Assembly (NCBI GenBank): GCA_041674805.1
Contig: JBAYVA010000001.1
Coordinates: 198,612 to 262,611 of the forward strand
Origin: Candidatus Magasanikiibacteriota bacterium
Lineage (GTDB): Bacteria; Patescibacteriota; Patescibacteriia; Magasanikbacterales; UBA922
Direction of reading: 5' to 3'
DNA length: 64,000 nucleotides
Part shown: in pieces, positions 37,407-47,602 of the stretch
Layout of the letters: each line of letters begins with the position of its first letter
How positions within the stretch are numbered: the first letter of the stretch is position 1
The notes under the pieces: model-generated
What the model was told of the DNA's origin: nothing
Seen by the model: only the letters and a program-made list of their open reading frames with translations
The model's database searches: none
Program-made: the position numbers and the translations under genes

Positions 37407-38360
37407 TTATCTAATCAATTCAGTCTTTATCTCATTATTATTTTTTAATAAATCTGGGTCGATAGTTCTTTCAAAGCAAACATTTCCAATACCATGATAC
37501 CAATTTTGTGAAGTTGAAAAAACAGGTGAACTATAATAGTAATCTGTTTTGCTGTTGATTTCATTTGGTTTCAATTCAGTTTTGAAATCAGCACAAAGTT
37601 CAAAAGTAAGATCAGATTTTACTGTGTATATATAGTCAGCTTGTGTTTCTGGATCTTTTGGAATGGTAAAACCTGTTATATCATTTTGTAAATCAGTTAA
37701 TTTTTCTGGTAGTACTTCTTTTTGTTGCCATTGATAAATTATTTGACTTTGAATACTACTCAAACCTTGAATTCTCGTATCATCAAATCTTCTATTTCTT
37801 TGTTCTTTTGGTGTTCCAACAATAAAGAAACCGGCAATAATACTTCCCAAAACTATTACAGATAAAACACTAGCTAAAATTTTTAGTATATTTGTTTTTT
37901 CAGTTGTTCTTTTCAAATCCCACATATAGTAGGCAAAGACTGCTCCTGCAACTAGTAAGACCACAAGTACTTTCATGAAGAATCTAATCGTAAGTTCTCC
38001 TTGTAAGAAGTTGTAAACAAAAGTCATAAGATCAATCACAATAGTAATAGCCGATAAAAATAATGTGAAATAGAGAAGCCATTTACGAAGTTTGAAATCT
38101 TTTTTTTCTGGCATTGCTTTGATATCTTTTTCTAGTAGCCAAGAAGTAAGTATAAAAGCAGGTATAGAGATAAACAAAACAGAAGAAGCCCAAGTGACAC
38201 TACTTGAAACATCAAGGTAATAATTCAAAGCATCTGGAAAAAGCTTGTTGACGTATTGAATTAGTAGTGTAATAAAAGCGATGATACTAAGATAAAAAGT
38301 AAAGATATTGAAAAGATGCAAGAAAACATCTTTTGGTGTGTTGTGGTTAGTTTGATTCAT
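37407..38360 (-). CDS. Hypothetical polytopic membrane protein
   Basis: ORF with about six TM helices. Confidence 0.4.
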   Translation of the reverse strand: MNQTNHNTPKDVFLHLFNIFTFYLSIIAFITLLIQYVNKLFPDALNYYLDVSSSVTWASSVLFISIPAFILTSWLLEKDIKAMPEKKDFKLRKWLLYFTLFLSAITIVIDLMTFVYNFLQGELTIRFFMKVLVVLLVAGAVFAYYMWDLKRTTEKTNILKILASVLSVIVLGSIIAGFFIVGTPKEQRNRRFDDTRIQGLSSIQSQIIYQWQQKEVLPEKLTDLQNDITGFTIPKDPETQADYIYTVKSDLTFELCADFKTELKPNEINSKTDYYYSSPVFSTSQNWYHGIGNVCFERTIDPDLLKNNNEIKTELIR

Positions 38361-38576
38361 ATGATTATAATTAGATGAATTAAAGTTTGTCTATTTTTAG
38401 TATATCATTGAAATCCTTATAAGTATAGATTGTAATAAAATTTTTTTTTGATTTTATTATTTTTAGAGAATAAAATAAATATAAAGAGTTGAAGAACAAT
38501 CATTAATATTAAGACTTTACAATAATTTTTATTTTATGTTAATATATCAATATTAACATAAAATATTTTTTATAGT

Positions 38577-39335
38577 ATGAGAGAAAGTATACCAAGTCCT
38601 GAAAGTACAGGCTCTATGCCAAAAAGACATAATTTAGGTTCAACTCTTATGAGAGAAGTAAGTGTTGGTCCTGTAGAAACTTCGCTTTTTCAAAGAGCGG
38701 AGTGGATGGTGGAGTCTTCACAAATTCAAAAATATTTGGCTGATAGAATAGTGTATAGTGATAAATTGGCTGGAAAAGTGTCTGAAGGTTTAGCTATTGC
38801 TTGTATTGGTGCTGGCAAAGGTCATGAAATGGATGAAATAGATTCTTTGTTACCAGGTTCAAAAATTATAGGTATTGATCCTCATGATCATCATACACGG
38901 CCTGTTAAAAACAGATTGGATACTTTGGCAAATGATGCTACTTATTTATCAAAAAATGTTACTGCAGAAAATTTGGAGGGTGTAGAAGACAGCTCTCTTG
39001 ATGCTGTAACACTTTTTTTTGTTTTGCATCATATAGAGGAAGACAGACAAAAAAAAGTTTTTGATGAAATAAATAGAGTTTTGAAAGATGAGGGTATGTT
39101 GTTTATAGCAGAAGATTTAGTAGACAATGAAGCTGAAAGAAAAACTACTAAAACAAAAGATAGATTATTAAATATGGAAATAAAAAAAACAAGTCCTCAT
39201 AATTACAAGAGTAAAGAGGAATGGACAGAACTTTTTGCCAAACATGGTTTTGTTATGGTTGAAATTCAAGAACAAACACCAAAGAAAGTAAGACATGTTT
39301 TTTTTGTATTGAAAAAAAGGAAATTAGTAGTCTAG
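38577..39335 (+). CDS. Class I SAM-dependent methyltransferase-like protein
   Basis: IACIGAGKGHE (motif I-like) and VTLFFVLHHIEED..LKDEGMLFIAED. Confidence 0.5.
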   Translation: MRESIPSPESTGSMPKRHNLGSTLMREVSVGPVETSLFQRAEWMVESSQIQKYLADRIVYSDKLAGKVSEGLAIACIGAGKGHEMDEIDSLLPGSKIIGIDPHDHHTRPVKNRLDTLANDATYLSKNVTAENLEGVEDSSLDAVTLFFVLHHIEEDRQKKVFDEINRVLKDEGMLFIAEDLVDNEAERKTTKTKDRLLNMEIKKTSPHNYKSKEEWTELFAKHGFVMVEIQEQTPKKVRHVFFVLKKRKLVV

Positions 39336-39396
39336 TCTTGCATAGAAATAAAAAAAGTGTATAATATGTTTGATTTAGATAAATAATAAAAATAAT

Positions 39397-39927
39397 ATGT
39401 CAAGAAAAAACAAAGAACAATTAAACAAAATTGCATATGGTTTTGGTATAGCTTTGGTAGTGATTTTATTAGCTTTTTTGGCTTATCCAAAAGTATTTGC
39501 TAAGCAAATCTTAAAAAAAGAAGTAAGTGAAGTTCAGACTTTGGTACAAACTTTTGGTCAAAGATTACAAAATGTAGCACTTACCAATGTAGAAGAAGAT
39601 GAATTATCTTTAAACATTGAAAAAAATTATGGTGATCTAGTAACTTCTCCAATTTTATTGGTAAAGTGGTTGGCCAATCCAGAAAATGCTCCAGGTAAAT
39701 ATGTACCAAATGTTATTCCAGAAAGTATAGAAATAATAAGTACTGAAAAATTGAATGAAACAACTTATGAAGTAAAAGGGGAGATAATAGAAATTTATCC
39801 AGCCGATGATGTCAATGAAAAAGAAATAGCTGACAAAAAACCAATAACAATATTACTTGAAAAAGTAGACAAAAATTGGTTAATTGCTGATTTTATTTTG
39901 GAAAAAAATGAAAATGAAGTTGAATAA
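39397..39927 (+). CDS. Hypothetical membrane-anchored protein
   Basis: ORF with an N-terminal TM segment. Confidence 0.4.
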   Translation: MSRKNKEQLNKIAYGFGIALVVILLAFLAYPKVFAKQILKKEVSEVQTLVQTFGQRLQNVALTNVEEDELSLNIEKNYGDLVTSPILLVKWLANPENAPGKYVPNVIPESIEIISTEKLNETTYEVKGEIIEIYPADDVNEKEIADKKPITILLEKVDKNWLIADFILEKNENEVE

Positions 39928-39960
39928 ATAATTTTACAAAAATAAAAAACAGACTTAAAT

Positions 39961-40464
39961 TTAAGCCTGTTTTTTTTGAAGTTGATTATTTTTTACAATT
40001 ATTTCTATATGATGGAAAAGATGAAAATCATTTTTATATACTTTTGTTACAGCATTTTTTAATTCATCATAGTTAATGAAATTATCCCAAATAGGGTATT
40101 CCATTTCTAATTCACGATTACGGTGTGTCACTAAAAATTTTTTTAAGTTTGTACTAGAGTCTTTTATCTCTGTTTCTTTGCCATATTTAAATTTTCTTTC
40201 GACATCGTTGAGCAATAGCATGATGACTTCATGGTCTTTTATTAAGACGGGGGTAGGTCCATTGTTTTTAGTAAAACCCATGTAGTTGTCAAATTTTGGG
40301 AAAAGAAAATCATTTTCTAATTGTATGTGAAATTTTAAGTGTTTAGAAAATTCTTGGAATATTTTTTCTGTTTTTGTACCATCATTTTTTTTTGATAAAA
40401 AATTACTCCAGAGTTTGTCAAGGCATTTATGATCAGCATACATAAATTTGGAAACAGCTGTCAT
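39961..40464 (-). CDS. Hemerythrin-like domain protein
   Basis: HIQLENDFLFPKF (H-x3-E-x2-LFP) and HHIE motifs. Confidence 0.45.
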   Translation of the reverse strand: MTAVSKFMYADHKCLDKLWSNFLSKKNDGTKTEKIFQEFSKHLKFHIQLENDFLFPKFDNYMGFTKNNGPTPVLIKDHEVIMLLLNDVERKFKYGKETEIKDSSTNLKKFLVTHRNRELEMEYPIWDNFINYDELKNAVTKVYKNDFHLFHHIEIIVKNNQLQKKQA

Positions 40465-40589
40465 ATTTTTAATTTCTTAATATTAATTTTATATTAAATT
40501 AAATATTTTGACAGGGTAGTGTATAGATGTATATTATTTTAGTATAGTATATTGTAAAATATTTTGCAAATGTAAAGTGGATAAAATTA

Positions 40590-40619
40590 TTGACGTTATT
40601 AATTCGCGGGTGCTATAAT
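40590..40619 (+). promoter_or_regulatory. Promoter (TTGACG-18nt-TATAAT) for the Big_2 surface-protein gene
   Basis: Consensus-like hexamers. Confidence 0.5.
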
Positions 40620-40647
40620 AGAATTATACAAATTTAGTATGATATGT

Positions 40648-40684
40648 TCCCGACTAATTTATCCGCCTTGGGCGGAGTCGGGAC
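40648..40684. repeat. Nested GC-rich palindromic element (tcccgac ... tccgccttgggcgga ... gtcggga) in the 5' leader
   Basis: Read directly; related copies at 42448, 59891 and 62615. Confidence 0.6.
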
Positions 40685-40830
40685 AAGAGAACTTGATTTA
40701 CAATAATTTATCACTAAAACATATTTTCTTATATTTTATAAGTTTATTGCAAGATAGTTGATTATATATAATATAACTTTTGGCTTGGACAATTCAGAAT
40801 TGCTTAGACCAAAGGTCGAATATTTAATTT

Positions 40831-42435
40831 ATGTATAATTATAATTATATGAAAAATACAATAAAAAAAGTTAAGGTACTTTCCTTAACAGCGGTGTTTG
40901 CTCTGTCGGCAAGTTTTGTGTTTTTGCCATTTTCGGTAAAAGCCGTAACTGTTGATAGTACTAACCCGACCGTAGCTATTACTTCACCAGCTCAAAATGC
41001 TGTAGTATCTGGTATGTCTTCGATAGTTGTCGACACAACTGATGCTTATTCATCGTGTGTGGTTACTTTGTTTGGTTCAAAATATGATGTTTCTCCCTTA
41101 CAAACTGATCATTCTGGAGGAAATCTATTTATTTGTGGTACAGACATGACTGCTATCTACCAATCTCAACATGGTACTAATCTGTCTCGTGTCGCTTCTT
41201 ATCTAATTCCTGCAAGTTATATTGGTGTTAACAAAGTAGAGTTTTATTTTGATGGTATGTTGTTTGGTACAGACATGACTGCTCCTTATTCATTCGATTG
41301 GAATACTGCTATTTTCGCTGATGGTATACATGCTTTAGCAGCTCGAGCCTATGATCAAGCTGGGAATGCTAGTACTTTTTCAATGGTAAATGTTACTATT
41401 GATAATACACCAGTAGATGAAGATCCTGTTATAACAAGCATAGCTTTGACACCAACAACATCTAGTATTTATGTAGGTAATACCGTACAATTGACAGCTG
41501 TAGCTCTAGATCAATATGGTAATGCTTTAGCAACACAACCAACCTTCGATTGGATGTCAAATATTACAAGTATTGCTATTGTGAATGCAACAGGTCTAGT
41601 TACTGGTGTTAGCTCAGGTTCTGCAACTATTACTGTTACTGATGATGTAAGTAATGTTAGTAAAACAGCTGTGGTCAATGTTGCAAATGTGGCACCAGTC
41701 ATAACAAGCATAGCTTTGACACCGACAACATCTAGTATTTATGTGGGTAATACTGTACAATTGACAGCTGTCGCTCTAGATCAATATGGTAATCCTCTAG
41801 CAACACAACCAACCTTCGATTGGATGTCAAATCTTACAGGTATTGCTACTGTGAATACTATGGGTTTAGTTACTGGTGTTAATATGGGTTCTGCAACCAT
41901 TACTGTTGTTGATGATGTAAGTAATGTTAGCAAGACAGCTGTGGTCAATGTTATGAGTACTCCACCTCCAGCAGTTATAGGTAAGATAAAAGTAGAAATG
42001 GAACATGGCAAAGCCGAAATTCATATCAAAGTAAATGGTATGGAAGATGAATTCAAAATGTATAATTCAACTAAAGCAGAAGTAGTAGCTGCTATTACTG
42101 CTAGAACAGGCTTGACTATTGAACAAGTTTTGCAAATAGCAGAATTTGATATGCACAATGAAAACGAACATGGTGATGATCAAAACAATGGACATGGCGA
42201 TGAAAATGGAAACGAACATGGTGATGATCAAAACAATGGACATGGCGATGAAAATGGAAACGAACATGGTGATGATCAAAACAATGGACATGGCGATGAA
42301 AATGGAAATGAACATGGTGATGATCAAAACAATGGACATGATGAAGACGAAGATGAAGATCGTGGTGAACGTCGTGAAAATCATGAACGTCGAAATAATG
42401 AAGACAATAATCACCATGAAAACAGTGATGATTAA
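40831..42435 (+). CDS. Secreted protein with two Big_2 (bacterial Ig-like) domains and a C-terminal His/Asp/Asn-rich 15-aa tandem repeat (NEHGDDQNNGHGDENG x4)
   Basis: Signal peptide. Duplicated ITSIALTPTTSSIYVGNTVQLTAVALDQYGN...ATITV. A 45-bp nucleotide tandem repeat at 42160-42340. Confidence 0.7.
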   Translation: MYNYNYMKNTIKKVKVLSLTAVFALSASFVFLPFSVKAVTVDSTNPTVAITSPAQNAVVSGMSSIVVDTTDAYSSCVVTLFGSKYDVSPLQTDHSGGNLFICGTDMTAIYQSQHGTNLSRVASYLIPASYIGVNKVEFYFDGMLFGTDMTAPYSFDWNTAIFADGIHALAARAYDQAGNASTFSMVNVTIDNTPVDEDPVITSIALTPTTSSIYVGNTVQLTAVALDQYGNALATQPTFDWMSNITSIAIVNATGLVTGVSSGSATITVTDDVSNVSKTAVVNVANVAPVITSIALTPTTSSIYVGNTVQLTAVALDQYGNPLATQPTFDWMSNLTGIATVNTMGLVTGVNMGSATITVVDDVSNVSKTAVVNVMSTPPPAVIGKIKVEMEHGKAEIHIKVNGMEDEFKMYNSTKAEVVAAITARTGLTIEQVLQIAEFDMHNENEHGDDQNNGHGDENGNEHGDDQNNGHGDENGNEHGDDQNNGHGDENGNEHGDDQNNGHDEDEDEDRGERRENHERRNNEDNNHHENSDD

Positions 42436-42447
42436 TTCAGAATTTAA

Positions 42448-42462
42448 TCCGCCCAAGGCGGA
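42448..42462. repeat. GC-rich palindromic element tccgcccaaggcgga (inverted relative to the copy at 40662), 13 nt after the stop
   Basis: Read directly. Confidence 0.6.
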
Positions 42463-42503
42463 CAAGGTTTAATTTTAACTTATGTATTGTAAAAGGTCGA
42501 ACT

Positions 42504-42538
42504 AAAAACCTCTCCGAATTGCGGAGAGGTTTTTTTAT
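42504..42538. terminator. Bidirectional terminator (cctctccg-aatt-cggagagg followed by T7)
   Basis: 8-bp GC-rich stem. Confidence 0.65.
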
Positions 42539-42547
42539 TTTTTGTAA

Positions 42548-43036
42548 TTATATTTTTTTCATCAAATCTATTGATTCATTTTTGAATCCCTGACTCAAAT
42601 AAAAATTATGAGCATTACTGTTTGGTGCGTAAACTTCGAGACGAAGTTGTTCACATTTTTTAGTTTTGAAATGTTTGGTAATTTCTGTCATTAGTTTGAC
42701 AGCTATATGTTTGCCACGATATTCTGACTCGACATATAATTCTAATATTCTCGCTGTTTTTAGTTTTTTCTTATTGCCTAAAACCTCACCTTTGTCCAAA
42801 GTTTCGATGATACCAGCCACGCAACCAATAATTTTGTTATCAAATTCGGCCAGTAAAATTATTCCTTTGTCTTCTTTTATTATTTTAAGTAAATACTTTA
42901 CATATTTTTTGCCATAATTTTTGTCACGTTTTAGTTTTTCAAAAGTATCGATAGAAACTAAATAATCTTGCAGACCTGCCATTAGTTTGATCAAATCTTT
43001 TTTGTTTTTGTCTTGAAATTTTAGAATTTTGAGCAT
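42548..43036 (-). CDS. GNAT family N-acetyltransferase
   Basis: IIGCVAGII...RGKHIAVKLM motif. Confidence 0.65.
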   Translation of the reverse strand: MLKILKFQDKNKKDLIKLMAGLQDYLVSIDTFEKLKRDKNYGKKYVKYLLKIIKEDKGIILLAEFDNKIIGCVAGIIETLDKGEVLGNKKKLKTARILELYVESEYRGKHIAVKLMTEITKHFKTKKCEQLRLEVYAPNSNAHNFYLSQGFKNESIDLMKKI

Positions 43037-43045
43037 AATGTTTTT

Positions 43046-43207
43046 TAACTAAATAATTTAAAAACTAACCAGATTCCAAAAATTCCACCAATAAAAGTAC
43101 CAAGTACAGAAGAAAAGGAAAACATACTCGCACCAAACCAGACTGGCACATAAGCACCAATAGTACTACCAATTATCATACCGAGCATGACTAATTTTTT
43201 GTCCATA
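43046..43207 (-). CDS. Small (53-aa) hydrophobic Gly-rich membrane peptide (MDKKLVMLGMIIGSTIGAYVPVWFGASMFSFSSVLGTFIGGIFGIWLVFKLFS). It is not in the ORF track because it is shorter than 60 aa.
   Basis: Translated manually; it fills the gap immediately downstream of the NUDIX gene. Confidence 0.3.
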
Positions 43208-43210
43208 TTA

Positions 43211-43654
43211 TTACAATTTATTTTCTTCTACAAAATCTTCTGTTTTGACAGATTGGCTTATGTCACGTAAAAAACATTGTTCTTGCATCGCTAGAACATC
43301 TTTGATTCTTTCCAATTTTGAAGGTGCTGTGTTTGGAGGAATGTTTTCTAGAGAAAAATATTGGATGTCATCTGCTTCACGTGTGTGTTTGATTTCGCCA
43401 CCAATTATTTTACAAAGAAACGTGAAAACCAAATCTTGTCTTTCTGGTCGGCTTCCCAGACTTACTATTTTTTCTACCTCTACTTGCAAACCTGTTTCTT
43501 CTTCTACTTCACGAATAGCTGCTTGCCAAGGTGTTTCATCTTCTTCCCATTTGCCACCAGGTATTTCCCAAAGATCATGATCTGTGCGATGAATCATAAG
43601 AACTTCTTTATTTTCGTTTAGTATTACAGCGTAAACGCCACTATTTATATTCAT
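43211..43654 (-). CDS. NUDIX hydrolase
   Basis: Nudix box GGKWEEDETPWQAAIREVEEETGL. Confidence 0.8.
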   Translation of the reverse strand: MNINSGVYAVILNENKEVLMIHRTDHDLWEIPGGKWEEDETPWQAAIREVEEETGLQVEVEKIVSLGSRPERQDLVFTFLCKIIGGEIKHTREADDIQYFSLENIPPNTAPSKLERIKDVLAMQEQCFLRDISQSVKTEDFVEENKL

Positions 43655-43736
43655 ATTAGTTGTTTAGTTTTTTATTCTTTTTATTATAACAAAAAACCCA
43701 GCTTATTCAAGCTGAGTTTTTGTAATTTAAAGTATG

Positions 43737-44771
43737 TTACTTTTTCCAAATAATTTTTGCAAATTTCCAAACATACTTAGCAACAAATAATACGATAAAG
43801 AAGTAGAGAAGATATTGTAAAATAGTCAAAACCCAAAGTACTAAGTTGATACTAATATCTTGCACAAGTTTGTTGGTGTCTGTGACAAAAGATTTTACAG
43901 CAATTTTCCAAGAATCTTTTAGATTTTGTCCATCGACAAATTTGTTTTCATAAACATAGACTGTGAAATAAGTATATTCCAATCTGTCTAACTGTTCAGC
44001 TTTGGAACGAGCTAGTCTATCAAGATTGGTTGTAATGTTTATTTTTTCTTGAGTCAATTTTTCGATGATTTGAATTTTACTATCAATGATTTTGGCTAGA
44101 GCATTGGCGTCTTGTGTCTTTGTTGCTACGTCAGTGATGCCGTCATACGCTTTGACAGCATTGTTCAGTGTAGATTCTATAGAAGCCAATTTTTTCTCCA
44201 AGATTTCTACTTCGCTCGTATAATCATTGATAACATTTTTGATAGTATAAACATTTTCGTTCAATTCTTTTGGATCAAGTTTTTTTATAATATCCAAGAT
44301 TTCATTGACGCTCGCAGTCTTTACTTTGAAAGTGTAGTTACAACTTTTTTCATATTTACTAACATTTTCAAAGATAACATCAGTACGAGATTTAAAATTA
44401 TTTATTTGATTGCAAGTATCTTCTAGGTTGCGTGTTTCAATATTGGCGTTGTAATTTTTTACTTCATAATTTTCTGCGTCGTCACCAGGAGTATTGTTGT
44501 TAGGTGATGGCATGATTTCTGGAGCTACATTTCTAGCAGACAAACTAGCATCTTCGGCGTAATATGAATTTGAGGATGCTTTACCAAGTGATATACCGTC
44601 TGAACTAGGGTAGGACAGACCCATATTATTAGATAATCCTGACTTGAGAGGACTGATAGAATAAGTGATAAGGCGGATTGCCAAAGCTATTACAGCGATG
44701 ACGACGATTGCCAGTCCGGCTAACTTGAGCACATTGGTTGGCTTGAAATTGAAATTCTCGGGGAATTGCAT
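43737..44771 (-). CDS. Membrane protein with a coiled-coil ectodomain (DUF4349-like topology: N- and C-terminal TM helices)
   Basis: ORF; assignment by topology only. Confidence 0.35.
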   Translation of the reverse strand: MQFPENFNFKPTNVLKLAGLAIVVIAVIALAIRLITYSISPLKSGLSNNMGLSYPSSDGISLGKASSNSYYAEDASLSARNVAPEIMPSPNNNTPGDDAENYEVKNYNANIETRNLEDTCNQINNFKSRTDVIFENVSKYEKSCNYTFKVKTASVNEILDIIKKLDPKELNENVYTIKNVINDYTSEVEILEKKLASIESTLNNAVKAYDGITDVATKTQDANALAKIIDSKIQIIEKLTQEKINITTNLDRLARSKAEQLDRLEYTYFTVYVYENKFVDGQNLKDSWKIAVKSFVTDTNKLVQDISINLVLWVLTILQYLLYFFIVLFVAKYVWKFAKIIWKK

Positions 44772-44808
44772 ATGAGATTTATTTTAAATTAATTAAAATT
44801 ATTATTTT

Positions 44809-45738
44809 TTATGATACTAAGTAATTTAAAAGTGACATGGCTGAGTAAACACGAAATTCAGCTTGATCCAAAATTATTGATTGAGGACTATATATTACTT
44901 CTTTTGTTATTTCTCTGTCATAGTGTGCAGGTAAACAATGCATTATTACTAAATCTTTTTTATTACCTAACAAAGCATTGATGTCTATTTTATATTTACC
45001 AATATTTTTTTTCAAATAATTTTTGTTATCTTCCCACCATTCATCGACATAGAGAACGTCAGCTTGCTTGATAGTTTCTGTTAAGTTTTTTGTAATAGTT
45101 ATATTTCCATTATATTTTTTTATTAATTTATTTGCTTGTTCCCAGAAATCTTTATTTTTACCAATAAATTTTCCTGTTTCTGTTATCACTGATATTTTTT
45201 GACCTAATAACAGAACTGCGTAAATAAAAGATTCCATAACACCACTACCTTTGCTCGGACAAACACAAACATAATTCAAATCATTGTATTTTTTCTTTTT
45301 CCATTTTATGACTGACAAATCAGCCAAAGCTTGTGAAGGGTGTCCAATTTGACAAAAGCCATTTATAAATGGGGGATTGTTTTTTCTTTTGAAAACTTCT
45401 AGCATTTTTTGTGAATAATCACGCAAAACATAGGCATCGAGCATTCTATCAGCTGTTTCGATTATATCTTCATATGATTCTCTGGGTGTGCCATCTTTTT
45501 CATGTGTTAAATTGTGTATATCGACAAAATAGCTATCACCACCCAAAAGATAAATAGCCGTTTCAAAAGAAAGTCTTGTTCTTAGTGAATTGTTGTCAAA
45601 TAATAAACCTATCCTTTTTTTGTTTAGTTTCTTTGGAGTTAAGTTTTTATTTTTCTTGTATTTCAAACTCAAGTTAATTAGTTTTTTCCATTCATCTTGA
45701 TTGAAATCAATTACTTCTACTATGTTTTTGTGCTTCAT
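44809..45738 (-). CDS. Carbamoyltransferase of the ornithine/aspartate transcarbamylase family
   Basis: STRTR carbamoyl-phosphate motif (SLRTRLSFE) and an HCLP motif (IMHCLPAH). Confidence 0.65.
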   Translation of the reverse strand: MKHKNIVEVIDFNQDEWKKLINLSLKYKKNKNLTPKKLNKKRIGLLFDNNSLRTRLSFETAIYLLGGDSYFVDIHNLTHEKDGTPRESYEDIIETADRMLDAYVLRDYSQKMLEVFKRKNNPPFINGFCQIGHPSQALADLSVIKWKKKKYNDLNYVCVCPSKGSGVMESFIYAVLLLGQKISVITETGKFIGKNKDFWEQANKLIKKYNGNITITKNLTETIKQADVLYVDEWWEDNKNYLKKNIGKYKIDINALLGNKKDLVIMHCLPAHYDREITKEVIYSPQSIILDQAEFRVYSAMSLLNYLVS

Positions 45739-45792
45739 ATTTTTTTATAACCTTTTTAATATTTTACACCATTTTGATAGATTTTGGCAAAT

Positions 45793-45820
45793 AAAAAACC
45801 AGCTAAAAAGCTGGTTTTAA
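45793..45820 (-). terminator. Hairpin terminator (aaccagct-aaaa-agctggtt) downstream of the arsR-trx-permease operon
   Basis: Read directly. Confidence 0.5.
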
Positions 45821-45822
45821 AA

Positions 45823-46791
45823 CTACCCAAGCAACACATTAAATAAATATCCCGTAAAAATAATACCTAGACCAACGACTGAAGCAAAAATAATGATTAG
45901 CTTTGTTTTCATTATTTTTTTCAAAATCATAAATTCTGGCAAAGATAGAGCAGTGACTGCCATCATAAAAGCCAGAGTTGTCCCAATAGCTACACCTTTT
46001 TCAGTCAAAGCGCTAATGAGAGGAATCACACCTGCTGCATTCGAATAGAGTGGTATGCCGACCAAAACTGCCAGCGGTACAGCATACCATTTGTCTGCGC
46101 CTGCATACTCTGCAAGGAAGTCTGCTGGCACATAGCCATGTATCCAAGCTCCAAGTCCAATGCCGATGATGATATAAATCCAAATTTTTTTTATAATATC
46201 CCAGGTATAATCTAGTGCATAGTTGTGTCTTTGTTTGTAAGTCATTTTTGGAAGTTGTAGATTGTTTTTTTGTTGATTTTTTTGAGTTATGTCAGTCAAC
46301 AAATTTTCTATAGGCAATTTGCCAATCAACATTCCTGAAAATATAGCGATAAGCAAACCGCTGACAATATAAATAGTAGCTACTTTCCAACCAAACATGC
46401 CAAACAAGAGGACAATAGCAACTTCATTTATCATGGGAGACGCCACCAAAAAAGAAAATGTGGCACTAAGTGGTACTCCAGCTTCGACGAAGCCTAAAAA
46501 AAGGGGAACAGCAGAACAAGAACAAAAGGGAGTGACTATGCCGAGTAGAGAAGCGAGAACATTGCTCACAAATTTATTTTTGTTGGACAAGAAATGTCGT
46601 ACTTTTTCGGGTGGTAAATAAGATCTAATAATAGAAACTATATAAATAATTACTATCAGCAATAAAAATATTTTTATAGTATCAAAAATAAAAAAATTTA
46701 GGCTACTAGCCAACAGTGTATTTGGTGAGATAGAGAAGACTTGATAGGTCAACCAATCAGCCAATAATTGTATAGGATAAAAGATGTTCAT
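45823..46791 (-). CDS. Predicted permease (COG0701/DUF318, ArsP-like)
   Basis: About eight TM helices. The genomic context with ArsR and a thioredoxin-like CxxC protein is typical of this family. Confidence 0.55.
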   Translation of the reverse strand: MNIFYPIQLLADWLTYQVFSISPNTLLASSLNFFIFDTIKIFLLLIVIIYIVSIIRSYLPPEKVRHFLSNKNKFVSNVLASLLGIVTPFCSCSAVPLFLGFVEAGVPLSATFSFLVASPMINEVAIVLLFGMFGWKVATIYIVSGLLIAIFSGMLIGKLPIENLLTDITQKNQQKNNLQLPKMTYKQRHNYALDYTWDIIKKIWIYIIIGIGLGAWIHGYVPADFLAEYAGADKWYAVPLAVLVGIPLYSNAAGVIPLISALTEKGVAIGTTLAFMMAVTALSLPEFMILKKIMKTKLIIIFASVVGLGIIFTGYLFNVLLG

Positions 46792-46794
46792 AAA

Positions 46795-47070
46795 TTAGCA
46801 TTTACTACCACAACCACATCTACTACTTTTTGCTGTGTTATTCAAGATATCTTTTATTTCACTAACATCGGGAACACAACCATAGCTCAATATTTGTTCA
46901 TCAATAACAAGCGCTGGAGTACTCATAATTCCGTAATCCATAATCAGACCCATATCAGTAATTTTTTCTATGATAGCTTCTTGTAAATTTAAATCTGCTA
47001 TTGCTTTTTTGGTGTTTTCTTCCAATCTTTTACAATTGGCACAACCTGAACCAAGAATTTTTATGAGCAT
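46795..47070 (-). CDS. Thioredoxin-family small redox protein (redox-active disulfide protein 2-like)
   Basis: GSGCANC CxxC motif near the N-terminus; 91 aa. Confidence 0.6.
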   Translation of the reverse strand: MLIKILGSGCANCKRLEENTKKAIADLNLQEAIIEKITDMGLIMDYGIMSTPALVIDEQILSYGCVPDVSEIKDILNNTAKSSRCGCGSKC

Positions 47071-47071
47071 A

Positions 47072-47383
47072 TTATTTTTTTAGTATTAAATTAAAATTAG
47101 TTAAATATTTATCCAAAACTTTGTGATTTAATTCGTAATAAACTTTTAAGCCTTGTTTTTCTGATTTTATTAACTCAAATTTCTTCAACACGCTTAGATG
47201 GTGCGAAACAAGATTTTGTGACAAGTCTAGATTGGGCCAGATTTCGCAGACGCATTTTGGTCCACTTTTCAAAATACACAAAATACGCATTCTGTTTTCT
47301 TCAGAAATTATTTTCAAAAAATCTACGGTCTTTTTTAAATCGTTACTTATTTTTTTGTTACTACAACATTTTACTTTTGGCAT
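47072..47383 (-). CDS. ArsR/SmtB family transcriptional regulator
   Basis: HTH region ILCILKSGPKCVCEI...NLVSHHLSVLKKFELI. Confidence 0.75.
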   Translation of the reverse strand: MPKVKCCSNKKISNDLKKTVDFLKIISEENRMRILCILKSGPKCVCEIWPNLDLSQNLVSHHLSVLKKFELIKSEKQGLKVYYELNHKVLDKYLTNFNLILKK

Positions 47384-47459
47384 AATATTTTGTTAGACTA
47401 TATCAATATACATTGATATAATAATACAACATAATGTTTTTTGTTGCAAGTTTTGGACA

Positions 47460-47528
47460 TAAAAAAGAACGTGATAAAATCACGTTCTTTTTGGCTCTCT
47501 GTATGGGACGATGTCGGAATTTTTTTAA
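47460..47528. repeat. 67-bp element (hairpin gaacgtga-taaaa-tcacgttc followed by ggctctctgtatggga...), copy 1. It forms a direct repeat with 48568-48634, flanking the lipoprotein gene.
   Basis: About 90% identity between the copies. Confidence 0.6.
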
Positions 47529-47602
47529 ATTAATTATACTTGACAAAATTATAAATTTATTGTATATTTAGCCAAATTAACTAATAATTTAAATATAATT
47601 GT

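Noticed and set aside
41410-42340. Possible CRISPR array suggested by regular nucleotide repeats
   Set aside because: The repeats are in frame within a single ORF (240-bp Big_2 duplication; 45-bp tail repeat). Their spacers are not unique and no cas genes are present, so these are protein-coding tandem repeats.
42067-42472. ORFs 42067-42465 (-) and 42146-42472 (+) overlapping the 3' end of the Big_2 gene
   Set aside because: They are alternative-frame or antisense readings of the 45-bp tandem repeat (the MKTNMVMIKTMDMA-type and IVLIITMF-type periodic proteins), and so artefacts of the repeat. The sense frame encodes the coherent HGD-rich tail.
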